From NCBI GenBank assembly GCA_030648055.1, contig JAUSHI010000009.1, positions 47,722 through 111,721 of the forward strand: a stretch of DNA of 64,000 nt, in the 5' to 3' direction. Shown piece by piece: positions 36,814-46,589 of the stretch (within the stretch, counting starts at the first letter, position 1; every line of letters starts with the position of its first letter). The DNA comes from a bacterium. Lineage in GTDB: Bacteria > Patescibacteriota > Minisyncoccia > Sungbacterales > SURF-37. The position numbers and the translations under genes are program-made. The notes beneath the pieces were generated by a model. It did not search any database. It was given only the letters and a program-made list of their open reading frames with translations, and was not told the origin of the DNA.

Positions 36814-37905
36814 TTAAATTCTTGTCCACTTTCCGTTCATATTTTTAATAAGCCCCTTTAATTCTAACATTGAAAGCAAGGAAATGATATCGGGGGCTGG
36901 AATTTTGATGCGCATCTTTAATTCATCTAGCCCCAGTGGCTCAGAAAGAGTTTCTAAAATATGTTTTTCGCTTTCATTTGTCAGGGGGTTTTCTTTATTT
37001 TCTTGTATAGTTTTTCTTTGAAGATTTAATTCATCAATTATATCCATGGCCGAGAATATAGGCGTTGCCCCTTCTTTTAAAAGCATATTTGTACCTTGCG
37101 AATAGGGTGAAAAAATTGAGCCGGGAATCGCGAAAACTTCTTTATTCTGTTCAAGCGCGAAGCGCGCGGTTATAAGAGCGCCTGATTTTTCTGCCGCCTC
37201 AACGACAAGCGTGCCGACGGAAAGCCCCGATATGATTCTGTTTCTTTGAATGAAGTTTTGTCTGAACGCCGGCATGCCGAGGGGGTATTCGGAAATTATT
37301 GCTCCACACTTATCAATAATATCTTCAGAGAGGCGTATGTTTTTGGGTGGGAAGAATGATTTTCGGTCAAGGCCGGTACCGATAACCGCGATAGCCGGAA
37401 GGCCGTGTCTTAAACTTGATATGTGCGCCTGGGCGTCAATTCCCGTTGCGAGGCCGCTTATGATGGTTATATCGGTAAGCACGGAAAGGCCGGAGATAAT
37501 TTTTTCCGTCGCTTCCCTGCCGTATGAAGTAGCTTTTCTGGAGCCGACTATGGCAAGCGATGGCGCGTTTAATTTTGCCCCCCCTTTAATATAGAGCCAG
37601 TATGGGGGAGACGGGATTTCTTTTAGTAATTCAGGAAAATCGGGGTCACTGTATTCTAAAAATATGATACCTTCTTTGGATAGGCGCTCCATTTCAGAAT
37701 CCGGATCAAGGCGTGTTTTGCTTGTGGTTAATTGTTTCGCTGTTTTTTCAGTAACGCCTGCCGCCTTAAATTCTGTTTCACTTGCCCGCCACGCCTCTTC
37801 ATATGAAGGGAAAAATTTTTTGAGGCGCGACATTGTCTCATATCCGACGCCGGGCGTCAGGAGAAACGAATTTATAAATTTTTTCTCGTTTAAGGGGTTC
37901 GCCAT
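36814..37905 (-). CDS. dprA: DNA processing protein DprA/Smf
   Basis: Rossmann-like IVGSRKATSYGRE...GLATGIDAQAH. The smf-topA pairing is conserved. Confidence 0.85.
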   Translation of the reverse strand: MANPLNEKKFINSFLLTPGVGYETMSRLKKFFPSYEEAWRASETEFKAAGVTEKTAKQLTTSKTRLDPDSEMERLSKEGIIFLEYSDPDFPELLKEIPSPPYWLYIKGGAKLNAPSLAIVGSRKATSYGREATEKIISGLSVLTDITIISGLATGIDAQAHISSLRHGLPAIAVIGTGLDRKSFFPPKNIRLSEDIIDKCGAIISEYPLGMPAFRQNFIQRNRIISGLSVGTLVVEAAEKSGALITARFALEQNKEVFAIPGSIFSPYSQGTNMLLKEGATPIFSAMDIIDELNLQRKTIQENKENPLTNESEKHILETLSEPLGLDELKMRIKIPAPDIISLLSMLELKGLIKNMNGKWTRI

Positions 37906-37944
37906 GTTTATTTAGATATAAGCGAGTTTTCAATTTAGCGCAAA

Positions 37945-38078
37945 CCCGGTAGTGAAAAGTGGCATGGTATTTCTTGCGCGCGAGCAGCTCGTTAGATCAA
38001 TCCGGCATTTATCTTGTTTTAGATAATAGCATTTTATTCGGGGGAATGCGGCATCTTGCCATTTTCTACTAACGGGGT
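37945..38078. repeat. Family C inverted-repeat element, copy C3 (arms cccggtagtgaaaagtggcatgg / ...ttgccattttctactaacgggg)
   Basis: Imperfect 25-35-bp arms lie upstream of the MoxR gene. The left arm contains CCCGGTAGTGAAAA. Confidence 0.55.
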
Positions 38079-38122
38079 TAGGGTAAGCGCAAAGTTCGTT
38101 GACATTTTAGGAGGGTCTGCAC

Positions 38123-39277
38123 ATGCATACGCTCTCGAGCGTTGCTCAATTCGTTGATTCTGATTTTGGTCCTGATCCTTATTTTGAGCGATACCTATCA
38201 CGCGGCCAGGTTTCGTGTACTAACCGGCACATTGAATACATGTTTCGCATCATGTGGCCGCTTTTGTCTTCGTATCGAAAGATCATTGTTGCGCAAAAAG
38301 CGTTCACTAGCTATACCGCTCTTGCTCCCGTGGCACCAGGTGACCGTGACGGCACATATATAGCTCCAGGCCACGTTCTCTTTGTGGATTTTCCTGGCAA
38401 AGGGAAGACTCTTCTTGGAAGTATTCCTGCTGTCGTGCTTGGCGGAAGGTTTACGCGGTTTCAGGGTGCGTTTGACAATTTGGCACCGGACTATCTTGGC
38501 CATAGGTATCCCGACTTCGATGCCAACGGGAAAAAGATATATAAACTTGAAGAAGGTCCCGCGTTTGGCGACATTCAGCTCATTGATGAGATTAATCGGA
38601 ATACGGAAAAGATGCAGGGGCATTTGCTTCCTGTTCTTGCCGAGGGGAAGATCATTCTTGCTGGTCAGATTTATCAGAGACAGCCCTTCGCGATCATGAC
38701 GATGAATCAGATTGAGAGCGAAGGCGTAAATCCTATTATCGAGGCGCTAGCCGACCGAATCATGTTTAAACTTCGCGGTGAGTGGTTTACTGCGAAGGAT
38801 TTTTCGGAAATTGGCGAGCGAAGCGCGCGTTTTGGAGAACTTAGGGGCGAGCTCAAACAGGTCTGCGACATATCCACCATTCATGAAATCCGCGAATTTG
38901 TATTGAAGCAGATTTACGTTGACCCCGATCTTCGTCAAAATCGAATGGGCCGTTTCGCAGAAATTTCCAATAACCCACAAAGGTTTGGTTATCTCGCGCA
39001 GTATTCAAAGCATCTTGATGGCGCGCCAATCTTAAAAAGCGGCTTATGGGGACGGGCGTTTACGCATTGGCTTGGGGCGGCACAAGCACTTGCCTTCTTT
39101 CGGTATCGTGATTATGTTCTTCCTGAAGACGCGAAAAAGGTGCTTCTGCCAATTATGCGTCATCGCGTCGTTTTTGCCCCAGGAGTAGTTCGTCGTCTTA
39201 AGAATGTCTTTGGGTATATTGATCAAGAAGAAACAATAGATCGAATTCTTTCTGATCTTATCAAGGAGGCCTTCTAA
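38123..39277 (+). CDS. MoxR-family AAA+ ATPase (with N-terminal extension)
   Basis: Walker A FPGKGKT, Walker B/sensor IQLIDEINRNTEKMQGHLLPVLAEG...PFAIMTMNQ (MoxR hallmark DEINR...ATQNP-like). Confidence 0.8.
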   Translation: MHTLSSVAQFVDSDFGPDPYFERYLSRGQVSCTNRHIEYMFRIMWPLLSSYRKIIVAQKAFTSYTALAPVAPGDRDGTYIAPGHVLFVDFPGKGKTLLGSIPAVVLGGRFTRFQGAFDNLAPDYLGHRYPDFDANGKKIYKLEEGPAFGDIQLIDEINRNTEKMQGHLLPVLAEGKIILAGQIYQRQPFAIMTMNQIESEGVNPIIEALADRIMFKLRGEWFTAKDFSEIGERSARFGELRGELKQVCDISTIHEIREFVLKQIYVDPDLRQNRMGRFAEISNNPQRFGYLAQYSKHLDGAPILKSGLWGRAFTHWLGAAQALAFFRYRDYVLPEDAKKVLLPIMRHRVVFAPGVVRRLKNVFGYIDQEETIDRILSDLIKEAF

Positions 39278-40167
39278 TGGATGCCTCTTTTTTTTCAGCT
39301 CGTCCCTCTGTTTCGTTGCGGCTTAAGATCGGGCGCGTACTTACGCAATTTCGTGGCGGCATTCATAAAAGTAGGGTCATTGGGGGAGGTCATGAGTTCA
39401 GGGGCTTTCGGCCCTGGAGTTCAGACGACAGTCCGTCACGGATCAACTATCCCGCATCATATAAACTTTCGCCCGATCTTGACGAAGTTGTTGTTCGGAC
39501 GTCATACGGAGAGAAACGAACTTCTGTTGTTGTTGTTTTTGATGCGCGCGCAACAATGCTGAGTCCGTCTCAAAAGATGGTGCACGCAGGAAGCCTTTTT
39601 TGGCTTTTTGCTCTTTCTGCTTTCCAGGCGCACGACCGATTCCGGGCGATGTTCATGTTAGATAGTGGGTTTGTGGATTCCGGGTGGGTATCAAAAGAAG
39701 ATAATCTCGCAGAGTTTCTTGACCAGGATATTTTGGGACGGAGAGCGAGTGCATTATTTCTTCGTGCAGAGAATCCTCTTTCGCTGCTTGTTGATGAGCG
39801 TACTCGCGATGCGTTTCTTATCGTGCTTTCTGACTTCTGTACTTCATGGGATAAAGAGATCACGGCGTTTTCATTGCTCGGCGCGCAGGAAAATAATATT
39901 CATGGCGCATTTCTCGCTATGGACGAGTGGGCTGGTTCGGTATCGCTTGGTTACAGCATGAATATTCGAGACCTTCGTACGGGTGTGTTTCATCGGATGA
40001 CCAGCGGTGATCTTGACGAGGCGGCACGAGCCGCATGTGAGTCGTATTTACGCTTTTCTCGAAAACTTGACCAACACTCCGCTTCGTTCATTAAAATTCC
40101 GCTCACGAATGACCCAATTGCTTCATTTTGCCGTGCCGCGCTTGGGTTTGAGCTTAAAATAGAATAA
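39277..40167 (+). CDS. DUF58-family protein (MoxR partner)
   Basis: GGGHEFRGFRPWSSDDSPSRINYPASYK...VVVVFDARATM matches the DUF58 core. Start overlaps the moxR stop. Confidence 0.7.
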   Translation: MDASFFSARPSVSLRLKIGRVLTQFRGGIHKSRVIGGGHEFRGFRPWSSDDSPSRINYPASYKLSPDLDEVVVRTSYGEKRTSVVVVFDARATMLSPSQKMVHAGSLFWLFALSAFQAHDRFRAMFMLDSGFVDSGWVSKEDNLAEFLDQDILGRRASALFLRAENPLSLLVDERTRDAFLIVLSDFCTSWDKEITAFSLLGAQENNIHGAFLAMDEWAGSVSLGYSMNIRDLRTGVFHRMTSGDLDEAARAACESYLRFSRKLDQHSASFIKIPLTNDPIASFCRAALGFELKIE

Positions 40168-40182
40168 GCAATCTTTTATATT

Positions 40183-40208
40183 CCGTACCCGATGGGTACG
40201 GTTTTTTC
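40183..40208 (+). terminator. Rho-independent terminator
   Basis: ccgtaccc-gat-gggtacgg followed by ttttttc. Confidence 0.6.
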
Positions 40209-40212
40209 TTTC

Positions 40213-40243
40213 TTGACAAGGGAGGGGCTTTACGTGGTATATA
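40213..40243 (+). promoter_or_regulatory. Putative promoter TTGACA-19-TATATA with an extended -10 (TGg)
   Basis: cTTGACAagggaggggctttacgTGgTATATAt lies 45 nt upstream of ORF 40287. Confidence 0.45.
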
Positions 40244-40286
40244 TTGTTTAAATAAGATCTTTGACATTTCTAAAAAGGAGAAACAC

Positions 40287-41894
40287 ATGAGACGACTGGT
40301 GCCTCTTTTGCTTCTTGCTTTCTTTTCCGTTCATCTTCCCGTCTTCGCCGCGGATGACAAACCCAAAAACAATATTTCCTGGCGTCTTCGTGATTTGTAT
40401 TACCATGATGCTAACGGCACGATAGTTCAGCTTGAGCTTGCTCGAAAGCTTTTGGTCCGATTTACCCGTGAAATATCCAATGAGGAAAAAACGGCTCTAC
40501 TCGCGGAATTTTCTCCTATTGCCCAGAAGGAACAGCCTGGTAATCCGTCTCGCATCGTTTTTTCGTTCAATGAATCCACTTCGCTGTCTGATATTCTTGA
40601 CGCGGCAAATAAAATTACTGCCTCTGGCAATGCCGAGGCGTCGCTGGTTTTCTTTGTTGATAATATCGAGGCGGTACTTGAAGGAGTTGTTATTGAACCC
40701 AAAATTGTTCTTACTCCAGATCGGCTTAAGGCCAGAATGCAAAAGTATGGCGGTTTCACGTTACGTCAGGCGGTCAGTGAAAACGGCTCTTGGATTTTTC
40801 TAATTGACGAGGTAAAGCCGCCGCTCAATCTTCTTGTGCTTACAAATCTTATCTCAAATGATATTTGGGTTCGGCGTGCATATCCGCGGTTTAAGTTCCT
40901 GCATGATCCAATCGTTGCTTCCATCAATGTGGAGCCGGTATCGGGGACAATAGGCGAGACGCGAACAATAATATTCACGGTCAAAATCTTTGATTCAGCA
41001 ATAACACTTTCAACAGAGTATCCCGAGTTTGGTGCCGGACTTTTTCGGCCGATTCAAGGGTCGCCGTCAAGCCCTTTAAGTATACGCCATGTGCCTGGGC
41101 ATCTTTTTGAGCTTGTTGGAGATCCGGTGAGGCATCCCGTAAAACAAGAGAAACGGAGCAGGGTGTATACGACATCATGGAAGTTCAAACACTACGCGGT
41201 CGGTGAATGGGTAATACACCCGCTGACTGTTCCTTATACCAAAAACGGGGTTGCTCAAGAGATCAAGTCATCAGGCTTTACGCTTGTGGTTAATTCACAG
41301 ATCGGTAATCTCAATATTACTGATATGCCAAATCCGCGCTCACTTATTTATTTTTCCGAGAAATCCGAGGCTCCTCCCATTGCCGCACTTCCGCCGGTTC
41401 CATCATATTGGTTTGACGCATGGACGTCGCATGCCGATATTATTGCGCGATACGCCGGGTTTGCCGGGATGTTACTCGGCACATTGCCGGTGGCAGGAGC
41501 AGCAGTACTTGTTGTCTGTGTGGTAAAAAGAAACAGAAAGAAGGCGCGTGAGCGTCGTTATAGGGTCAAGCACATTGAGGAGCTTTTGCAAGAAGCCTAC
41601 GCGAACCATTCATATGCTAAATATGATGAGGCGCTTTCCTTCATGTTTGCCGCACTTTTTCCCGATCTTCCCTTGCATCCTGCTTGGGAAGACGTCAAAA
41701 ATAATGACGGCGCTTGCGAAGTTTTTGGCGGTGAAACAATGGCGCATCTTGAAATGGTTTTCGGTAAACTCAGTCGGCGATACGCGAGTAACTTTACGCC
41801 TAGTACGGAAGACATCATGAAGCTTCACGAAAGTATGTGTAGTATCTTTGACACAGTGAAGCGGGTTCTAAAAATGGAAAAGGAGGTCCGGTGA
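40287..41894 (+). CDS. Exported protein with a C-terminal TM anchor and cytoplasmic tail, possibly BatD-like
   Basis: Signal peptide MRRLVPLLLLAFFSVHLPVFA, a large periplasmic region, then TM GFAGMLLGTLPVAGAAVLVVCVV followed by RK-rich residues. The BatD call rests mainly on position in the operon. Confidence 0.4.
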   Translation: MRRLVPLLLLAFFSVHLPVFAADDKPKNNISWRLRDLYYHDANGTIVQLELARKLLVRFTREISNEEKTALLAEFSPIAQKEQPGNPSRIVFSFNESTSLSDILDAANKITASGNAEASLVFFVDNIEAVLEGVVIEPKIVLTPDRLKARMQKYGGFTLRQAVSENGSWIFLIDEVKPPLNLLVLTNLISNDIWVRRAYPRFKFLHDPIVASINVEPVSGTIGETRTIIFTVKIFDSAITLSTEYPEFGAGLFRPIQGSPSSPLSIRHVPGHLFELVGDPVRHPVKQEKRSRVYTTSWKFKHYAVGEWVIHPLTVPYTKNGVAQEIKSSGFTLVVNSQIGNLNITDMPNPRSLIYFSEKSEAPPIAALPPVPSYWFDAWTSHADIIARYAGFAGMLLGTLPVAGAAVLVVCVVKRNRKKARERRYRVKHIEELLQEAYANHSYAKYDEALSFMFAALFPDLPLHPAWEDVKNNDGACEVFGGETMAHLEMVFGKLSRRYASNFTPSTEDIMKLHESMCSIFDTVKRVLKMEKEVR

Positions 41895-43102
41895 TGTTTG
41901 TGTCCCTGGTTTCGGGGCATCCATGGTGGTTACTTTTGCTCATTCCTATCGTAATCGGAGTTTTTACGCGAATTCCCTCAACATACATTTCCAAGGCGCA
42001 TTCTCATATTGCGCCTTTTTTTCTCATAGCGGGAACTCGATGGGGGAGGGCTTTACGATATATTGTCCATACTCTTCCTTCTTTTGTGAGCGTGCTTGTT
42101 TTGATATTAATCGTTGTGGCACTCGTTGATGTTACCAGGGGCTATGTCGTTGTAGTAGGACAAAAGATTTCCCAGCGCCTTATTGTCGCTCTTGACGTTT
42201 CAAGCTCGATGTATGGCTTTAGCACCAACCTTCCGACCGTAACTTGCCGGAAAAACTCTATGCTATTTCCGCGCATTCACGGATCTTGCCGCGCGCTTTA
42301 TCGCGTGGTGGACGATATTGAGAAGGAAACAAAAGATGAACTACGCCCGCGGATATTAATTGGTCTTATGCAGTGGGCATACAGATCGGCTGTTGTTTCG
42401 TATCCAACATCCGATTACAAGCGCTATCGTGAGAAAATCGATATGCTTGAATTCAGGTCGCATAACCTTGGTGCTTCTACGGGCATGCATGGAGCTCTTT
42501 GGGACATGTTTCTTATGTCGTTAGACAGGAACATGAAAAAGAATTCCGGATTTATGCATTTTTCCGGTAAAGATATGCAGGTGATTTACGCGTCGCTTGC
42601 GCCAGGACCAAAGGAATCATCATTATATCTTCCTAAGGATATAATGCAAAAAGTTGCCAAGGTTAAAGAAGAGATGCGGGATACGGTTTTTATTATACCG
42701 ACCGATGCGGTGGTTTCATATCTTGAGAGCCGTATGGACGGGCAACATCCTTCAATAAGGCGTCTTCTTCAACTTGCTGAAATTTTTGAGATTCCGGTTT
42801 ACTTCATCTCAACAGATGAAGATTATCCGGAACTTAAGCGTCTTGCGCGCCGCACAGGCTTCGGGCCTGCCGGCGGACTGCAACGCGGGGACTTCAAGAT
42901 TGTTCGGAAGGAAGGCGATGCCTATCTCATTGATGAGGTGATGAGCGGGGTTCTAAAATCTCGTTTCGGGCTTACGGTTCCCACATACGAAACACGCCGC
43001 GAATCGTATGCTGATCTCGCTCTTGAACTTGCATTGACATTTGCCCTCTTTGGGGTACTGTGGAAAAAGTTAGTGGTTCGCTCTTTGACAGATAGGGAAT
43101 AG
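41891..43102 (+). CDS. Membrane-anchored von Willebrand factor A (VWA) protein, BatA-like
   Basis: Two N-terminal TM helices, then the MIDAS motif LIVALDVSSSM. Confidence 0.7.
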   Translation: MMFVSLVSGHPWWLLLLIPIVIGVFTRIPSTYISKAHSHIAPFFLIAGTRWGRALRYIVHTLPSFVSVLVLILIVVALVDVTRGYVVVVGQKISQRLIVALDVSSSMYGFSTNLPTVTCRKNSMLFPRIHGSCRALYRVVDDIEKETKDELRPRILIGLMQWAYRSAVVSYPTSDYKRYREKIDMLEFRSHNLGASTGMHGALWDMFLMSLDRNMKKNSGFMHFSGKDMQVIYASLAPGPKESSLYLPKDIMQKVAKVKEEMRDTVFIIPTDAVVSYLESRMDGQHPSIRRLLQLAEIFEIPVYFISTDEDYPELKRLARRTGFGPAGGLQRGDFKIVRKEGDAYLIDEVMSGVLKSRFGLTVPTYETRRESYADLALELALTFALFGVLWKKLVVRSLTDRE

Positions 43103-43113
43103 GAGAGGGGACA

Positions 43114-43896
43114 ATGATGAAGAAATGGGTAACTCTTGGATTAGTTTTATTTTTTATCGCGCTTGCGCTAGTTGGGTTTTCCCGCTATGTGAGGGTGCGA
43201 CTTGACGAAAGGCGCGCTGTTGCTGAAACGCGTGCGCGCCTTGAGACAGAGGCGAAGCTTGTTTCAACCGATCGGGTTGAAAATATCATGACAAAGCTTG
43301 AAAAACTCAGGCGTCTTGAAGACATGGAAGAGTTTGCTGTCAAGAATATCGCGAGCCTCCCTCAAGGAGAGCGCACGGTCGTAGGGCCCGCGTTTCGAGT
43401 GAAACTTTTCGGAGCATATTTTCGCAGAGGAGAACTTCTCCTTGGCCGTGCCGGTGATCTTCTTCGGAAGGATGAGAACCATCCAACCGGAAAGGAGTAC
43501 ATTGAGCGCGCCCGGAAGATTTATGAGAAAATGGATAAGCTTATTGACGAAGGTGTCTCTGCACACTCCAAAGATGCGGAGGAAAATGCACGGCTTAACT
43601 ATTTGAAAGGTGTATATTATTTTCGCTCACTGGTTTTCATAACAGACGCGAAAGCCGAGGCGCCGCGCGTGGAAGAGCTTGTTGGCCTTTCCGCCAAACA
43701 TCTCTCGGCGGTATTCCAGTACAAACCAAAGGATCGCGATACAGAAGTTGCGCTTGAGATTCTTCAAAAGAAAGCGCAACAAATGGGCGCCGGCGGTGAT
43801 GGTTCCGGCAAAATGCAACTCGAACTTTTGCCTTCTCAAGGCAATAATCAGGGCCCGACCTTTTCAATCGAAGGGTCAGAGGGCGGAAGGCATTAA
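43114..43896 (+). CDS. Membrane-anchored helical/TPR-like protein, BatC-like
   Basis: N-terminal TM and a helical repeat region (RGELLLGRAGDLL...YLKGVYYF). Confidence 0.4.
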   Translation: MMKKWVTLGLVLFFIALALVGFSRYVRVRLDERRAVAETRARLETEAKLVSTDRVENIMTKLEKLRRLEDMEEFAVKNIASLPQGERTVVGPAFRVKLFGAYFRRGELLLGRAGDLLRKDENHPTGKEYIERARKIYEKMDKLIDEGVSAHSKDAEENARLNYLKGVYYFRSLVFITDAKAEAPRVEELVGLSAKHLSAVFQYKPKDRDTEVALEILQKKAQQMGAGGDGSGKMQLELLPSQGNNQGPTFSIEGSEGGRH

Positions 43897-43986
43897 GTTC
43901 ATGCAAAACACATTTCAGTTAAACGTCCCCTTACGGGGACTTTTCTTTTCCTGCAAGATCGGGTCAAAAGAAAGGAGGCACAAAAA

Positions 43987-45210
43987 ATGACAATGCATTT
44001 TCCATTAGCGTTTGACCTTGTGTTCCGTCATCCGTCACGGTTTTGGTGGGCATCTGTTTTCGCTTTAGTTTTTCTTCTTGTTTTATTGGAAGGACGAAAG
44101 AGGGCTGCAGCGTTTCAGCACCCATGGATAGCGCTTCACTCCTCGACGTCAAATCTTCCTAATTTTTTCGCGCGTTTGTGCTGGTGGACTTGTTGGACTG
44201 TTGCAACAATCCTTTTGGTGGCCGCGTACGCGAATCCCGAGAGGGTTTTTTATGACTGGGAGCGGGTATTTGAGCGAATTCGCATTTCGTTCATTCTCGA
44301 CATATCGCACTCAATGAAAAAAGCTGAAGATGTTTTACCAAATCGGCTTGAGGCGGAAAAAGGCGTTGTCCGGGATTTTGCCGCAAAGCTGGAACAAGAC
44401 AAAGAACTGAAAGGCAAATATTCTTTGGCGCTTATTCCGTTCTCCGGAGCCGCATTGCCTTACTATCTTCCGTTTACAACCTCGCGGGATGAGTTTCTTG
44501 CGCATCTTGATGCGATGGATACGGATACGGTCAATCGCAAAGGAACAAGTTTGTGGGCGGCGATTCGGGCTTTCGACGAACTGTTGCTTGCAAAGCCGGC
44601 GTCGGATAAAGGTACGGTGGATCTGGGCATTCTCATTTCTGACGGCGGCAAGGAAGAAGGGAAAAAGGAGCGCGCACTTATTCCGCGCACCATCGATGAA
44701 TTGCGCGATCCGTATCGGGCGCCGCGTCTTACGATGAGCGGAGAACGGGTTATAGTAAGAGCGAGAGAATCGCAGAGGAAGGTGGTATTAAATACAGTTG
44801 GAATTGGCAAGATTGAAATTAATGAAGGAAGGCGCGTACCATATCCCGCGCGTCTCATTAATCGCGATAAAGCCGGAAATTTCATGGGGTACGATCACGT
44901 GAAAGAAGATGATTCGAAAGGCCCCGTGCTTACCACTATGCTTGATGAGCAGATTCTTAGTGAGGTGGCTGTACGTGGCGGCGGGGTGTACCGGCATTTT
45001 TATGATCACGAAACCATACTGCAGGAGTTTAAGGCATTTGTGCTGGCAAATCGCGTCGAAGTTGATAAAATTCCTGTGCCGCGATATGAATCAGTGCGCG
45101 CGTGGTTCCTCGTCCCCGCATTTATAATGTATTATTTTCTCTTCGGTTATGGCGTATGGATGCTCCGCTTTTTTTCACGGATCTTAAGAGTGAATCGCCG
45201 AAGCTTCTAA
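43987..45210 (+). CDS. Membrane-anchored VWA protein, BatB-like
   Basis: N-terminal TM, MIDAS ISFILDISHSM and a C-terminal TM (AWFLVPAFIMYYFLFGYGVWML). Confidence 0.7.
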   Translation: MTMHFPLAFDLVFRHPSRFWWASVFALVFLLVLLEGRKRAAAFQHPWIALHSSTSNLPNFFARLCWWTCWTVATILLVAAYANPERVFYDWERVFERIRISFILDISHSMKKAEDVLPNRLEAEKGVVRDFAAKLEQDKELKGKYSLALIPFSGAALPYYLPFTTSRDEFLAHLDAMDTDTVNRKGTSLWAAIRAFDELLLAKPASDKGTVDLGILISDGGKEEGKKERALIPRTIDELRDPYRAPRLTMSGERVIVRARESQRKVVLNTVGIGKIEINEGRRVPYPARLINRDKAGNFMGYDHVKEDDSKGPVLTTMLDEQILSEVAVRGGGVYRHFYDHETILQEFKAFVLANRVEVDKIPVPRYESVRAWFLVPAFIMYYFLFGYGVWMLRFFSRILRVNRRSF

Positions 45211-45231
45211 GGATCACTTATAAAAATACTT

Positions 45232-45257
45232 AGCTACCCCATTGGGTAGCTTTTTTC
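45232..45257 (+). terminator. Rho-independent terminator
   Basis: agctacccc-at-tgggtagct followed by tttttt. Confidence 0.65.
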
Positions 45258-45264
45258 ATATGAT

Positions 45265-45294
45265 TTGACCGTGCGGTGATAGATGTGGTATTAC
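45265..45294 (+). promoter_or_regulatory. Putative promoter TTGACC-18-TATTAC with an extended -10 TG
   Basis: tTTGACCgtgcggtgatagatgTGgTATTAC. An SD aaggagg lies 8 nt before the ATG at 45329. Confidence 0.5.
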
Positions 45295-45328
45295 AAAGCA
45301 AGTTCCTTGAAATATAAAGGAGGGGAAA

Positions 45329-46366
45329 ATGTATATAAGGGCGATTTTTGTTATCACGGCTCTTTTTTGTGGCTCATTTGGTATTTTTTCTTTCGCCGTA
45401 GCGAATGAAGAGCTTTGCAATTCTGTATGCAAGAAAATGCAGGAGATCAAGGAAAGAAGTAATAATGTGGTACTCATTTATGCGTTCGGTTCAAAAGGCG
45501 CTTCAAGCGGTACTGGTACAGTTATATCGACGGCTGAGGGCAATACATATATTCTTACGAATAACCATGTGGTTGAGGGGGCCTCATCCGGCCGTGTGTG
45601 GGTGGTTTTCGAAAGTGGAAAGAAAGAAGAGGTCGCGGTTATAGGACGGGATCCCGCGGCAGATCTTGCTCTCCTTCAGTCCCCAGAGCTTCCTCCGGGC
45701 GCGACACCGGTTATTTTCGGCAGAGAACTTAAAATAGGGCAGCAGGTATACGCGCTTGGATATCCTTTTGGCATGCGGAGTGTGACCTTTGGTTATATCA
45801 ACGCGCTTGAGCCGACTCTTACCTGGCCTTTTATTTGGACGCAAACGCCCATAAATCCTGGAAATTCCGGCGGTCCGCTCTTTAATGAGAAACGGGAGAT
45901 GGTGGGTGTAAATACCGCAGTTGTTCCAGTGAATATCGCGGTCGGGGGCGGTATCAGTTTGGTGATACCCATTGACCATGTGAAGCGGCTTTTACCACGC
46001 CTTACTCTGGAGCGTGTTGTGCGTCATGGCGTTGTCGGATTTGAGCTTGATGATTCAGCGCGAATACTACCAGTTTTTTTTGATAAATACGGTCTTCGCT
46101 ATCCTCCAGAACGTGAAGGGATTATGGTGACGGTTGTTGTGCCAGGTTTGCCCGCCGCACAGGCGAACATTAAAGTTGGTGATATTGTCCTTAAATGGAA
46201 GGGTGTCTCTTTTAGAAAAGCGCTTGATTTGAAGGCAAAGATTTTCTTTGACCATCGTCCGGGTGAAGAGGTTACCATTACTCTCCAGCGGGACGGTCAA
46301 ATATTTGAGCGCCGCGTTTTACTCTCTGAACACACGCGTCCCAAGGCAGAGGAAGGGACTCAATAG
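45329..46366 (+). CDS. htrA: HtrA/DegP-family trypsin-like serine protease with a C-terminal PDZ domain
   Basis: Catalytic His (ILTNNHVV), Ser (GNSGGPLFN), a PDZ-like C-terminus and an N-terminal TM/signal segment. Confidence 0.8.
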   Translation: MYIRAIFVITALFCGSFGIFSFAVANEELCNSVCKKMQEIKERSNNVVLIYAFGSKGASSGTGTVISTAEGNTYILTNNHVVEGASSGRVWVVFESGKKEEVAVIGRDPAADLALLQSPELPPGATPVIFGRELKIGQQVYALGYPFGMRSVTFGYINALEPTLTWPFIWTQTPINPGNSGGPLFNEKREMVGVNTAVVPVNIAVGGGISLVIPIDHVKRLLPRLTLERVVRHGVVGFELDDSARILPVFFDKYGLRYPPEREGIMVTVVVPGLPAAQANIKVGDIVLKWKGVSFRKALDLKAKIFFDHRPGEEVTITLQRDGQIFERRVLLSEHTRPKAEEGTQ

Positions 46367-46382
46367 TATAAATAGCCAAATG

Positions 46383-46418
46383 ATACGGCCCAAGGGGGCC
46401 GTATTTTATTTTTATTTT
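46383..46418 (+). terminator. Rho-independent terminator
   Basis: atacggccc-aag-ggggccgtat followed by tttatttttatttt. Confidence 0.65.
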
Positions 46419-46518
46419 GGCAAACGCCCATATGATTATTATTTTAAATCCCACCAAATAGAATCTATGGATATTATTTGATGGCAGAGGAACGGGGGTG
46501 TTACGGATAGTTTATGGG

Positions 46519-46548
46519 TTGACCTACATAAGGTTGGCTTGCTACAGA
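46519..46548 (+). promoter_or_regulatory. Putative promoter TTGACC-18-TACAGA
   Basis: gTTGACCtacataaggttggcttgcTACAGAt. An SD aaaggagg lies at 46573. Confidence 0.4.
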
Positions 46549-46589
46549 TGAGCTAATTCGTTTGTTCCTTTAAATTTAAAGGAGGCCGC

